This document shows, piece after piece, positions 8,541 to 18,134 of a stretch of 64,000 nt of DNA. A model generated the notes under the pieces. It ran no database searches. It was given only the letters and a program-made list of their open reading frames with translations, and was not told the origin of the DNA. The first letter of the stretch is position 1; each line of letters starts with the position of its first letter. Made by a program: the position numbers and the translations under genes. This DNA is from Acidobacteriota bacterium (GTDB lineage: Bacteria > Acidobacteriota > G020349885), in NCBI GenBank assembly GCA_020349885.1, contig CP070701.1:907880-971879 (forward strand), in the 5' to 3' direction.

Positions 8541-9851
8541 GTGAGTCGCTTCCACGCGGACGTTCTGGTGCTGGGCGGAGGCCTGACGGGTCTCGCCACG
8601 GCCTACTTTCTTCGGGGCCGCAGGGAGTGCGTCGTCTGCGAACGTGAGTCCGCGCCCGGCGGGCTCGCCCGCTCCGTCCGGTGCGGGAAGTTCACGTTCG
8701 ATCTGACGGGCCACCTTCTTCACATGCGGCGCCCGGAGAACCGCGCGCTGGTCAAACGCCTTCTGCGCGGCAACTGGGTCCATGTGGAGCGGCGCTCGAG
8801 CGTCTTCTCGCACGGCGCGCTCACGCCGTACCCGTTTCAGGCCAACCTGCACGGGCTTCCGCCCGAGGTCGTGCGGGAGTGCCTTCTCTCGTTCGTCGGG
8901 GCCCGGCAGGCGAAGCGAAGCCCCGAGGCACCCAAGAAGAAATCGTTCAAGGCATGGGCGAGGGAAACCTTCGGCGATGGCATCGCGCGGCACTTCATGA
9001 TTCCCTACAACGAAAAGCTCTGGCGCACGGACCTCGACGCGCTCACGGCCGACTGGGTTTCGTGGAGCGTTCCGCGGCCGTCGCTCGAGGACGTGGTGCG
9101 CGGGGCGCTCGGGATCGGTAAAAAGCAGTTCGGCTACAACCCGACGTTTCTCTACCCCCGGGAGGGCGGCGTCGGCGCCTTCAGCACGGCGCTGGCCCGC
9201 CGGGTCGACGGGCTGCGCCTGGGCGCCTGCGTGCGCGCGATCGACCTTCGACGGAGGAAGGTGCGGTTTGCAAACGGTGATACAGCCACGTATAATTGCT
9301 TGGTGAGCACCATGCCCCTGCCGCGGCTCGTGGGCAGGGCGTGCGGCGTGCCCCAGGCGCTTCAGCGGCTCGGGGGAAAATTGCGGTTCGTCAACGTGCT
9401 CAACTTTAATCTCGGGTTGCGCGGAAAGAAGCGCTGCGAGAGCCATTGGGTGTATTTTCCTGAAAAGGAATTCGTGTTTTATCGGGTAGGCTTTCCCTCG
9501 AACTTCGCCCCCGCGCTCGCCCCCCGGGGACACTCGACCGCGTACGTCGAGGTGTCGTACCGTTCCGGCGAGCGCCCTCGCGTTCGGGACCTTTACCGGC
9601 GCGTGGTCGAAGGGCTAAAGCGGTGGGGCGCGGTGAAGCGGGAAGGCGACATCGCCATGGTGGACGCGCGGCGCATCGAGCCCGCGTACGTGCTCTTCGA
9701 CGGCGCGCGCCGGGAGGCGGTCGAGCGCCTGCGCGCTTTTTTCGACAAGCACGGCGTGGCCTCGCTCGGGCGCTACGGGCAGTGGGATTACCTGAGCATG
9801 GAGGACTCGCTGAACGCCGGGCGTGCGGCCGCGGAGCGCCTCGCGAAATAA
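8541..9851 (+). CDS. FAD-dependent oxidoreductase (protoporphyrinogen oxidase-like / UDP-galactopyranose mutase-like)
   Basis: GGGLTGL, GGLARS, FDLTGHLLH, PYNEKLW, GRYGQWDY.SMED; adjacent to a glycosyltransferase. Confidence 0.8.
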   Translation: MSRFHADVLVLGGGLTGLATAYFLRGRRECVVCERESAPGGLARSVRCGKFTFDLTGHLLHMRRPENRALVKRLLRGNWVHVERRSSVFSHGALTPYPFQANLHGLPPEVVRECLLSFVGARQAKRSPEAPKKKSFKAWARETFGDGIARHFMIPYNEKLWRTDLDALTADWVSWSVPRPSLEDVVRGALGIGKKQFGYNPTFLYPREGGVGAFSTALARRVDGLRLGACVRAIDLRRRKVRFANGDTATYNCLVSTMPLPRLVGRACGVPQALQRLGGKLRFVNVLNFNLGLRGKKRCESHWVYFPEKEFVFYRVGFPSNFAPALAPRGHSTAYVEVSYRSGERPRVRDLYRRVVEGLKRWGAVKREGDIAMVDARRIEPAYVLFDGARREAVERLRAFFDKHGVASLGRYGQWDYLSMEDSLNAGRAAAERLAK

Positions 9852-9857
9852 CAATTT

Positions 9858-11090
9858 ATGACGGAACCGGAAGTTTATTCCAAGCCTGACCAGGAAAGGA
9901 TTGAGATGTCGCTTCCCGAAACGATTCGGGTGGTGCACATCATCACGAAGCTCGAGTTCGGCGGCGCCCAGATGAACACGCTCTACACGGTCGAGCACCT
10001 GGATCGCGAGCATTTCGAGGTGACGCTCATCGCCGGCGTGGGCGGCTACATGGCGCCCCGCGCCAAAGCGCTTCAAAACACTCGCTGCTATTTCATGCCC
10101 GAGATGCGGCGCCCCATCTCCTTGCTGCGCGACTGGCGGGCGTTTTGGAAGATCCGACGCATCCTGAAAAAGCTCCGCCCACACATCGTCCACACGCACA
10201 GCTCCAAGGCGGGCATCGTCGGCCGCTGGGCCGCCTACGCCGCCGGCGTCCCGGTCATCATCCACACCATCCACGGCTTCGCCTTCAGCGAGTACCTCCC
10301 CGCCTGGCGGAACATGCTGTACGTCTTTTTGGAAAGAATCACGGCGTGGATCACGACCAAATTCATTGCGGTCTCGCGCGCGAACATCGACGAGGGGAAG
10401 AGCAAAGGAATCCTTGGCGAACACGACGCGGTCAACATCCGGAGCGGCGTGGACATCCAGCGCTTCGCGAACGCCAAGGTGGACCGCGAAAAGAAGCTCG
10501 CCGAGCTCGGCATCCAAAACGGCGCCAAGGTAGTGGCCATGGTGAGCTGCCTCAAGCCCCAAAAGGCGCCCCTCGACTTCTTGCGCGTCGCCCGCTACGT
10601 GCACCGCCAGATACCCGATGCGCGCTTCCTCTTCGTGGGCGACGGGGAGATGCGTCTAAGGTTTGAGGAAAGGATTCGGGAAATGAGGCTGGAAGACGTC
10701 GTGAAGCTCACGGGCTGGCGGGAGGACGTGCCGGAGATTATGAAATCCATTGACGTGCTGCTGCTCACCTCGCTCTGGGAGGGCCTGCCGCAGGTGTACC
10801 CGCAGGCCATGGCGGCGGGCGTGCCAGTCGTGGGCACGGACATCTCCGGCGCGGACGAGGTGGTGCACGACAACGTCACCGGCATCCTCGTGCCGCCCCG
10901 AAGGATTCCAAAAATCGGCGACGCCGTGGTGCTGCTCCTCCAGGACGACGCTCTGCGGCGCAGCATGGGCGAGGCCGGGCGCCGCTACTTGCGGGGGTTC
11001 GACCGGGAGACCATGGTGGCGGAACAGGAGGTGCTTTACTACCAGCTGGTCCTTAAGCACCTTCCTGAGCAATTCCAGCCCAAGTCATGA
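9858..11090 (+). CDS. Glycosyltransferase family 4
   Basis: HIITKLEFGGAQ, HTHSSKAG, HTIHG, SLWEGLP, AMAAGVPVV. Confidence 0.92.
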   Translation: MTEPEVYSKPDQERIEMSLPETIRVVHIITKLEFGGAQMNTLYTVEHLDREHFEVTLIAGVGGYMAPRAKALQNTRCYFMPEMRRPISLLRDWRAFWKIRRILKKLRPHIVHTHSSKAGIVGRWAAYAAGVPVIIHTIHGFAFSEYLPAWRNMLYVFLERITAWITTKFIAVSRANIDEGKSKGILGEHDAVNIRSGVDIQRFANAKVDREKKLAELGIQNGAKVVAMVSCLKPQKAPLDFLRVARYVHRQIPDARFLFVGDGEMRLRFEERIREMRLEDVVKLTGWREDVPEIMKSIDVLLLTSLWEGLPQVYPQAMAAGVPVVGTDISGADEVVHDNVTGILVPPRRIPKIGDAVVLLLQDDALRRSMGEAGRRYLRGFDRETMVAEQEVLYYQLVLKHLPEQFQPKS

Positions 11091-11566
11091 AGCTTCCCCA
11101 CGCCGACGCCCGCGGGAAGGCCCGCATGGTGGACGTCGGCGGGAAACCCGCCGCGAAACGCAGGGCCGTGGCGCAGGCGACGCTGCGCGCCCCCGCGAAG
11201 GTGCTCCGGGCCGTTCGAGAAAACACCCTCGCCAAGGGTGACGCCCTGGCCGCCGCCAAACTCGCCGGCCTGATGGCCGCCAAGCGCACAGCGAGTCTGA
11301 TTCCCCTCTGCCACCCGATCGCGTTTTCCTTCGCCGACATCACGTTTCGCTTCAACCGCTCCCGCATCGTCATCGAGAGCGTCATCGAGGGCAAGGCCAG
11401 GACGGGATTCGAGATGGAGGCGCTCGTCGGGGCCGCGGTGGCGGCGCTCACGCTCTACGACATGGCCAAGGGGCTCGACAAGGGCATGGCCGTGGAGGAA
11501 ATCGCGCTGCTCGAAAAAATCGGCGGCAGGAGCGGAACGTACCGAAAACGGCGGCGGCGGAAGTAA
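11087..11566 (+). CDS. moaC: Cyclic pyranopterin monophosphate synthase
   Basis: ARMVDVG.K, LIPLCHP, TGFEMEAL, LYDMAK, K.GGRSG. Confidence 0.96.
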   Translation: MKLPHADARGKARMVDVGGKPAAKRRAVAQATLRAPAKVLRAVRENTLAKGDALAAAKLAGLMAAKRTASLIPLCHPIAFSFADITFRFNRSRIVIESVIEGKARTGFEMEALVGAAVAALTLYDMAKGLDKGMAVEEIALLEKIGGRSGTYRKRRRRK

Positions 11567-11580
11567 GGGCGTAAAGGGAC

Positions 11581-12894
11581 ATGCGACACCGCACCTTTTA
11601 CGTCCGCACGTTCGGCTGCCGCCTGAACCAGTTCGACTCGGCGCTCGTCGAGCATGATCTGCGCGAGCGCGGCTGGCGGCCCGCACGGACGTTTCGCGAC
11701 GCGGCGGTCGTCGTCGCGAACACGTGCACCGTCACCCGCCGCGCCGACTCGGACGCGCGCCGGTTCGCCCACCGCGTCAAGCGCGGCAACCCGACGGCGA
11801 TCCTGGTCCTCACGGGCTGCTACGCGACGCGCAACACGACGCTGCGCGAAAAAATTCCTCAAATCGACTTCCTCGTCTCGAACGCCGACAAGGCGCGCAT
11901 CGCCGAGATCGTCGAAAGGCACGCGCGGCAGGAACCGGTCGAGCACGTCTACGACGGCGACATCCTCAAGGCGCGCGAGCTGGACTACGCCCCGTTGGAG
12001 AGATTCTTCGACAAGTCGCGCGCGTTCCTGAAGGTGCAGGACGGCTGCGACGCGCGCTGCACGTTCTGCATCATCCCCGCGGTGCGCGGCGCGAGCCGGA
12101 GCCTCCCGCCCGGGCGCATCGAGGAGCAGGCGCGCCGCTTCGCCGAGGCCGGACACCCCGAGATCGTGCTGACGGGCATCCACCTCGGCCGCTACGGGCT
12201 CGACCTGAACGGCGAGGGCGTGAACCTCGCGCGGCTCGTCGAGCGGCTTCTGAAGATCGAAAGAATCCGGCGCCTGCGCCTGAGCTCCATCGAGCCGCTG
12301 GAGGTGACCGACGAGCTCGTCCGCCTGGCCGCGGGCGAGGAGCGCATCGCGCCGCATTTCCACGTGCCGCTCCAGAGCGGCTCGGACGCGGTGCTCCGCC
12401 GCATGGGGCGCCCCTACCAGGTCTCGCAGTACGCGCGCGTCCTCGAGCGCGTCGGAAAGAATCTGCCCGACGCCGGAATCGGCGCCGACGTCTTGGTGGG
12501 CTTCCCCGGCGAGACCTCAAAAGATTTCGACGCGACGCTCCGCTTCGTCGAGCGGAGCAACCTGACGTACCTGCACGTCTTCCGCTATTCGCCGCGTCCG
12601 GGGACGGCGGCGCTGCGCTTTCGGGAGAAAGTGCCCGGGCGCGCCGCCTCGGAGCGGGGCGCGCAGCTGAGGAACCTTTCGCGCCGCCTCAACCTGCGCT
12701 TCCGCCGCGCGCAGGAGGGAAAGATTCAGCGGGCCGCGCTCCTCGAAAGCCGGAGCGGCGCTCCCGCGGCTCTTACTGGAAACTACATCGAGGTTTCGCT
12801 CTCGGCTCCGCCGGACGGCGCGGGAAATTTCTTCCCGCTCCGCATCGAGCGCGCCACAGCCAAGGGAACTTGGGGCAGGGTAGCGGCACCGTAG
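11581..12894 (+). CDS. mtaB: tRNA t6A37 methylthiotransferase (radical SAM)
   Basis: TFGCRLNQFDS, NTCTVT, LKVQDGCDARCTFCIIP, EIVLTGIHLG, RLSSIEP. Confidence 0.9.
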   Translation: MRHRTFYVRTFGCRLNQFDSALVEHDLRERGWRPARTFRDAAVVVANTCTVTRRADSDARRFAHRVKRGNPTAILVLTGCYATRNTTLREKIPQIDFLVSNADKARIAEIVERHARQEPVEHVYDGDILKARELDYAPLERFFDKSRAFLKVQDGCDARCTFCIIPAVRGASRSLPPGRIEEQARRFAEAGHPEIVLTGIHLGRYGLDLNGEGVNLARLVERLLKIERIRRLRLSSIEPLEVTDELVRLAAGEERIAPHFHVPLQSGSDAVLRRMGRPYQVSQYARVLERVGKNLPDAGIGADVLVGFPGETSKDFDATLRFVERSNLTYLHVFRYSPRPGTAALRFREKVPGRAASERGAQLRNLSRRLNLRFRRAQEGKIQRAALLESRSGAPAALTGNYIEVSLSAPPDGAGNFFPLRIERATAKGTWGRVAAP

Positions 12895-12917
12895 TTTAGA
12901 GGAAGGCGTCTTTCGGC

Positions 12918-14594
12918 ATGACTTCCCTCCTTCTCCTGCGCTTTGCGATTTTCCGGAACGCGGTGTGGCCGTTGCGGTGGACGACGGCGCTGAAGGCGGG
13001 CGCCATCGGGTTCTTCGGCCTCGCCTTCATGGCGGCGCTCTACCTGGCCTCCGTGCGCGTTTTTGAATATCTCCTCTCGTTTCCCGATTTCTCGCCGTTC
13101 TTCGTCCTCGGGTTCGCCGAGCGCCTGCTCGCCATGGTCTACCTCTTCGTCTTCTCGATGCTTCTCTTCAGCAACCTCACCGCCTCGCTCTCGTCGCAGT
13201 ACCTGGCGAACGACCTCGTGCTCCTTCACGCCCTTCCGCTCGGGCGGGTAAAAATTTTCCAGGAAAAATTCTGGGAGACGGCTCTGAGCGCGTCCTACGT
13301 CGCGGTGGTGTTCCCCCTGCCCATCCTGCTCGCGCTGGGCAAGGTGTTTCACGGCGGGCCGGAGTATTACCTGGCGCTTCCGCTCGTTCTGCTCCTGTTC
13401 GCCGTCGCGCCCTCCGCCCTGGGCGCGCTCGGGACGCTCTTCCTCATGCGCGTGCTCCCGGCGGAGAAGACCTCGCGCCTGCTGGGAGTGCTGGGGCTCG
13501 CGGCGGGCATCGCGGTGGCGCTTGCGATCCGCTTCATGCGCCCGGAGGAAATTTTCGCGACCGAGGACACGGACGAGATTCGGGAGCTACTGCAGCGCGT
13601 GGCGCTTCCCGCGGTGCCCTACCTGCCCTCGACGTGGGCGGCGCGCGCGAGCATGTCCTTTCTCGAAGGCACGGCGGGGGAGAGCCTCCTGCCCCTCTTG
13701 TGGCTCGCGGCGCTCGCGGCGGCGGCGTGGGGTGTCCTGACGCTCGTCGCGTCGCGCCTCTACTTCCGCGCGTGGGAGACGGCGAACCTCACGGAGCACA
13801 TCACGCACCGCGTCAAGCGCACGCCGGGCGCGCGGACGCTCCGGCGCATGCTGAAGGGCTTTCACCCCCACACGGCGGCGCTTCTGTGGAAGGACTCGGT
13901 CTCGTTTTTCCGCGACTCGGCGCAGTGGTCACAGCTCGCGCTCCTTGCGGCGCTCGTGGTGATCTACCTCTACAACCTGGCCAACCTTCCGTTTCCCAAT
14001 CCCATACTCCGGGACGCGCTCTCGTTTGCCAACGTCGGCATGGCGGGCTTCGTCCTCGCCGCCGTGGCGGCGCGCTTCGTCTACCCGGCGGTAAGCATAG
14101 AAGGCCGCGCCGTGTGGCTCCTCTACGCGGCGCCACTGCGGCTGGGGCGCGTCTTGTGGAACAAATGCCTCACCGCCTTCGTGCCGCTTTTCGGCCTCTC
14201 GCTCGTCATCGTGACGCTTTCCAATTGGATTCTCGAAGTGGACCGTTACATGGCGGTGCTCTCCGTCGGCATGCTCTTTTTCATCACGCTCGCGCTCACG
14301 GGCCTCGGCATCGGCATGGGCGCCGCGGCGCCGCAGTTCGACGCCGAGAGCGCCGCGCGCGTCGCCGTATCCGGCGGTGCGCTCCTCTACATCACGGCGA
14401 GCCTCGCGTACGTGGCGCTCTCGATGGCGCTCGCGGCGCGCCCCGTGTACTTCCACTTCATCCGCTCCTCCTACGGGTGGGAATACAGCGCCGCCGCGTG
14501 GGCGCACTACGCGCTCTTCATCGTCCTGAGCCTCGGCCTTTTCGTCGCGCCGCTTCTCTGGGGCGCGCGGCGGCTCGCGGAGCACGAAGCGTAG
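12918..14594 (+). CDS. Putative ABC-2 type permease, multi-pass membrane protein
   Basis: Many TM helices; DL.LL..LP, YLPSTWA, KD...FFRD..QWSQ, ARFVYPAVSIEG. Confidence 0.75.
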   Translation: MTSLLLLRFAIFRNAVWPLRWTTALKAGAIGFFGLAFMAALYLASVRVFEYLLSFPDFSPFFVLGFAERLLAMVYLFVFSMLLFSNLTASLSSQYLANDLVLLHALPLGRVKIFQEKFWETALSASYVAVVFPLPILLALGKVFHGGPEYYLALPLVLLLFAVAPSALGALGTLFLMRVLPAEKTSRLLGVLGLAAGIAVALAIRFMRPEEIFATEDTDEIRELLQRVALPAVPYLPSTWAARASMSFLEGTAGESLLPLLWLAALAAAAWGVLTLVASRLYFRAWETANLTEHITHRVKRTPGARTLRRMLKGFHPHTAALLWKDSVSFFRDSAQWSQLALLAALVVIYLYNLANLPFPNPILRDALSFANVGMAGFVLAAVAARFVYPAVSIEGRAVWLLYAAPLRLGRVLWNKCLTAFVPLFGLSLVIVTLSNWILEVDRYMAVLSVGMLFFITLALTGLGIGMGAAAPQFDAESAARVAVSGGALLYITASLAYVALSMALAARPVYFHFIRSSYGWEYSAAAWAHYALFIVLSLGLFVAPLLWGARRLAEHEA

Positions 14595-14696
14595 GGCGCG
14601 GGGCGGGAGCTGCCGGAAACCGCGGACTTTCCGAGTCTGGTATCCCCGCGGCGAATGTGCTATGCTTGCGTTTCACGCAAAAACAGGAGGTTTTGC

Positions 14697-15023
14697 ATGC
14701 CCGAGCATACGGTAAAATTTACCGACGATAATTTCGAGGAGAAAGTCCTCAAGGCCGACAAGCCCGTCCTGGTGGATTTTTGGGCCACATGGTGCGGCCC
14801 GTGCAAGATGGTCGCCCCGACCATCGAAGCGCTCGCCGAGGAATACCAGGGAAAGATCAAAGTCGGGAAGCTGAGCACCGAGGAGAACCAGAAAGTTCCT
14901 GCGGATTTGGGCGTCCAGGCCATCCCGACCGTGATTCTTTTTAAAGACGGCAAGGAGGTGGACCGCGTCATGGGCGCCGCGCCGAAAGAGGCGTTCGTCG
15001 AGCTGATCAAGAAGGGGCTGTAG
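14697..15023 (+). CDS. trxA: Thioredoxin
   Basis: VDFWATWCGPCK; AGGAGG RBS at 14685-14690 supports the ATG at 14697. Confidence 0.96.
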   Translation: MPEHTVKFTDDNFEEKVLKADKPVLVDFWATWCGPCKMVAPTIEALAEEYQGKIKVGKLSTEENQKVPADLGVQAIPTVILFKDGKEVDRVMGAAPKEAFVELIKKGL

Positions 15024-15765
15024 GGTTTTCTTCCGGCGGCTCTTCCTTTGCCCCGGAAGGCTCGTCCGAGTCGGGGGAAGGGGTTTTCATGGGCTGCTCG
15101 GGGACGGAAACGGAGAGCGGCTCCCGCTTAAAAACGTATTCCAGGAAGCCGTAGTAGCGCGGACCGAGGGGTCCCACATATAGGTAGCGTGCGATGGCGT
15201 CGAGGGTTACCAAGAAACCTCCCGAAAGTTGCCATAATAGCGGAAACAGGAAAGCGGGATGGCCGCTCAGAATCCAAATCGTTGCAAGCACCATTACTGT
15301 AAAGCCGACCCCGCCTTCCAAATAGCAAGAGTAAAGCGTCAGAACACGCGCGGGCACTTCCAGCTCCTTTTCCCATCTTCGTTTCGTCCGCTCCTGCGCA
15401 AATCCCAAAAGGGGCGCCAGCAAAAGCATCCCCTGCCCAATGCGTCTGCGTTCACGAGCGCGCTCATGGGTCTCGCCCAGCGCGCAGATGTAGTCTTCGT
15501 CGTAGTGCACCGTGGCACCTGCCAGGTCGGAGGTGTCCTTCGGCCAGGGCGCAAGCACATAGACCAGATCACAGGCGCCGCCACCGTCCCGGATCTGCGC
15601 GATATAGAACGCCTCGCCGCGGACGACGACGCGCGTCTTTCGGAATTTCCGCAGCCGCCACGTCTCGTCTTTGGGTTCCTTCGAGAACACGAGGAGCGTG
15701 CCGTCCTCCTGCGGGACGACGTGGTCACGGCCTACGGTGAATGGCCCGCTTTCCGTTTTCCTCAT
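15007..15765 (-). CDS. Hypothetical membrane protein
   Basis: ATG at 15765 overlaps the site-2 protease stop (ATGA); soluble N-terminus with 2-3 C-terminal TM segments. Confidence 0.6.
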   Translation of the reverse strand: MRKTESGPFTVGRDHVVPQEDGTLLVFSKEPKDETWRLRKFRKTRVVVRGEAFYIAQIRDGGGACDLVYVLAPWPKDTSDLAGATVHYDEDYICALGETHERARERRRIGQGMLLLAPLLGFAQERTKRRWEKELEVPARVLTLYSCYLEGGVGFTVMVLATIWILSGHPAFLFPLLWQLSGGFLVTLDAIARYLYVGPLGPRYYGFLEYVFKREPLSVSVPEQPMKTPSPDSDEPSGAKEEPPEENPTAPS

Positions 15766-16796
15766 TCCACAAACCACACGGGCACGGGTATGAACGTCAG
15801 AACCAGCATGGCAAGGCCGAAGCACGCAACCAGGAGGCGCCGCCCGTCGAGCGGCTCCTCGGAATACTGGACGCGCGGATGGCGGAATCCCATCAGGGCG
15901 AAGATGACGCACCACAGGAGCCACCCCGGCCACCAAAGGGAGAGCACGAGCGCCACGACGAACACCGCCCGCCCCACCCAACGGTAGGCGTTTCCCATGC
16001 ATGCGTAGAGCATGTGGCCGCCGTCGAGCTGCCCCACGGGCAGCAGGTTGAAGGCCGTTGCGAGAAACCCGAACCATCCGGCGAAGGCCATGGGGTGAAT
16101 GAAAAGCACGGAGTCTGCGGGAAGCGGGCCAAACAGGACCGACCGCATCCACGCCATCACGAGCGGCTCCCCGAACACCATGATGCTCCCCGTGTCGGCG
16201 GTGCGGATGACCGTGCTCTGCGCCAGCCCGAGGAAAGCAATCGGCACGGCGACCACGAAGCCCGCGATGGGCCCCGCGACGCCGATGTCGAAAAGAATCT
16301 TCCGCGTGGGGATCGGCGAGCGGATGCGGATGAAAGCGCCCATGGTGCCCACGATGCTCGGGAAGGGAAGAAAGTAAGGAAGCGTCGCGTCCACGCCGTA
16401 GCGGCGGCAGGTGAGGTAATGCCCCAGCTCGTGGCAGCCGAGGATAAGAAGAATCGAAAACGAGAAAAGCACGCCGTTGAGCCACACAATGGGACTCAGC
16501 AGGCCGCGCAGAAGGTAAGGAGATATGGCGATAAAGTAGGAAAGCAAGGCGACCGGGAGCGTTTCCGGCTTGAACGTCTCGGCCATTTCCTCCTGAAACA
16601 GGAAACGAAAGGCGTTGTACCAGCCGGCAGCGAGCGTGGTGAATCCCGTCAGGACGAACAAAAGGACGTTCCAAAAAACCATGGGCCTCGGCGGGGGCTG
16701 CGGCGGCGTCTCGTGCGGAGGAGAAAACACCTCCGGCGCCGCGCCCGTGTGATGCGGCGCCGAATAGGTATACGGCTCAAGCGGTGGATAAGTCAT
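15762..16796 (-). CDS. Site-2 protease (M50 family)
   Basis: HELGH, GTMGAFI, DIGVAGPIAG, NLLPVGQLDGGH. Confidence 0.93.
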   Translation of the reverse strand: MTYPPLEPYTYSAPHHTGAAPEVFSPPHETPPQPPPRPMVFWNVLLFVLTGFTTLAAGWYNAFRFLFQEEMAETFKPETLPVALLSYFIAISPYLLRGLLSPIVWLNGVLFSFSILLILGCHELGHYLTCRRYGVDATLPYFLPFPSIVGTMGAFIRIRSPIPTRKILFDIGVAGPIAGFVVAVPIAFLGLAQSTVIRTADTGSIMVFGEPLVMAWMRSVLFGPLPADSVLFIHPMAFAGWFGFLATAFNLLPVGQLDGGHMLYACMGNAYRWVGRAVFVVALVLSLWWPGWLLWCVIFALMGFRHPRVQYSEEPLDGRRLLVACFGLAMLVLTFIPVPVWFVE

Positions 16797-16837
16797 TTCG
16801 GAAAAACTTCGCCGTCATGGTGTTGTGGGGCAACCCG

Positions 16838-16898
16838 GTAGGGGCGCGGTGTCTGCCGACTTGTGTCGAGCATCCTCGGCTAGTCGGGACGCGCCCTA
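16838..16898. repeat. GTAG-type REP-like palindrome
   Basis: GTAGGGGCGCG...CCGACT..CGAG catc CTCG..AGTCGG..CGCGCCCTA nested hairpin in an intergenic gap. Confidence 0.5.
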
Positions 16899-16966
16899 TT
16901 TGGGCTGGGAAAGCCCCGCCCCCTCAAAATTGAACCGGGGCAATCTCATTCCGCGGATATCTCCCG

Positions 16967-18109
16967 TCAAGGCTCCCAGAGGAGCACCAGCCCCGCCGCG
17001 ACGAAGCGCAGCACGGGGTCCTTGTGCGGAAGCAGGGGATGGCGCGAGGCAATCTCGGGCGGCTTCGCGCACGCCCAGCCGAGCACTCTTGAAACGGGCG
17101 TTTGGAATGGAAGCACTTCGAGGTTCTGCACCGCCGGCCGGGCGCGGGACGCCACGGCGATGACGCCCTCTCCGCTGACGACGAGAAACGAGCGCTCCCC
17201 GAACGAGCGCTCGGCGCCCTCGAGGCCGCCGCTCATTCCCCAAAGCGCGTCCTGCAGGACGTGGAACGCGTCGAAGCCTCCGGCCAGAAGGTACCCGGAG
17301 CGCTCCGGCGGAGCGGTGAAGAGAATTTGTCCGCTCCCTTCCAGACGGATAAGGCGCGCAGAAAACGCCGCATGCGACGCCCGAAGCCACCCGGCCACCC
17401 CGGCGGCGTTTCCCGCCGAAGCGTAGAAATGCTTTTCGACCGACACGCGAAGCGCGCGCCCCCGGTCGAAAAGGGCGAAGCCTCGCGGGTGCGAGGCGCT
17501 CTCGGCATCAAACACGCGAATTTGCAACTTTACGGTCGGGGGTCGCGACTCGCGCTGGGCCGCGGGGGGCGGCTGCTCGACGCCGAGAATGTCCTCCTCC
17601 CGGGGCACACGCACCTTGAGCGTGTCCGCGCCGCTCGGGCCGGGGGCCTCGGCGCGCTCGGCGAACGCCCTGCGAATGCGGTTCGCCTGCTTGTCCGCGC
17701 CGCTCTTTTCGTAGCACTCGAGTGCGCGCCCCAGCTCCCCCCGCCGCTCGTAGACCAGGCCCAGGTACATGCTCGCCTTGGTGTGGCGCGGCTCGAGTGT
17801 GAGCGCTTTCGTGAGGTGGGCCTCGGCCTCGTTCAGGCGGTTCATCTTGATGTAGACGAGCCCCAGGTTGAGATGAAGCGTATGCACCTGCGGGTTGTTT
17901 TGCACGAGCGCGCGGTAGATTTCCTCGGCCTCCCGATAGTGGTCGAGGCGGAAGTGCATAAGGCCTAGGAGGTTCAACGCCTTCTCGCTGTGGGGACGAA
18001 GGCGCAGCGCCTGCTCGAGCGGCTCCAGGGCTTCCGCGTGGCGGCGGGCCCGGGCATGGCGCTGCCCGGCTTCAAAAAGCGCGTCGAAATTTTCGGAAGG
18101 CTCCGGCAT
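16967..18109 (-). CDS. TPR protein with a degenerate C-terminal AIM24-like domain
   Basis: Four TPRs (ALNLLGLMHF, HLNLGLVY, YLGLVY), a low-complexity linker, and a beta-rich tail with LEGSGQI/VSGEGVI; start at MPEPSENF. Confidence 0.7.
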   Translation of the reverse strand: MPEPSENFDALFEAGQRHARARRHAEALEPLEQALRLRPHSEKALNLLGLMHFRLDHYREAEEIYRALVQNNPQVHTLHLNLGLVYIKMNRLNEAEAHLTKALTLEPRHTKASMYLGLVYERRGELGRALECYEKSGADKQANRIRRAFAERAEAPGPSGADTLKVRVPREEDILGVEQPPPAAQRESRPPTVKLQIRVFDAESASHPRGFALFDRGRALRVSVEKHFYASAGNAAGVAGWLRASHAAFSARLIRLEGSGQILFTAPPERSGYLLAGGFDAFHVLQDALWGMSGGLEGAERSFGERSFLVVSGEGVIAVASRARPAVQNLEVLPFQTPVSRVLGWACAKPPEIASRHPLLPHKDPVLRFVAAGLVLLWEP

Positions 18110-18134
18110 GGAAACCCTGTCGCACCAAAGCGGC

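Noticed and set aside
15766-16674. Upstream part of the 555-aa ORF (similarly 18110..18457 and 45021..45239)
   Set aside because: Out-of-frame overlap with better-supported genes; downstream starts fit coupling or RBS evidence
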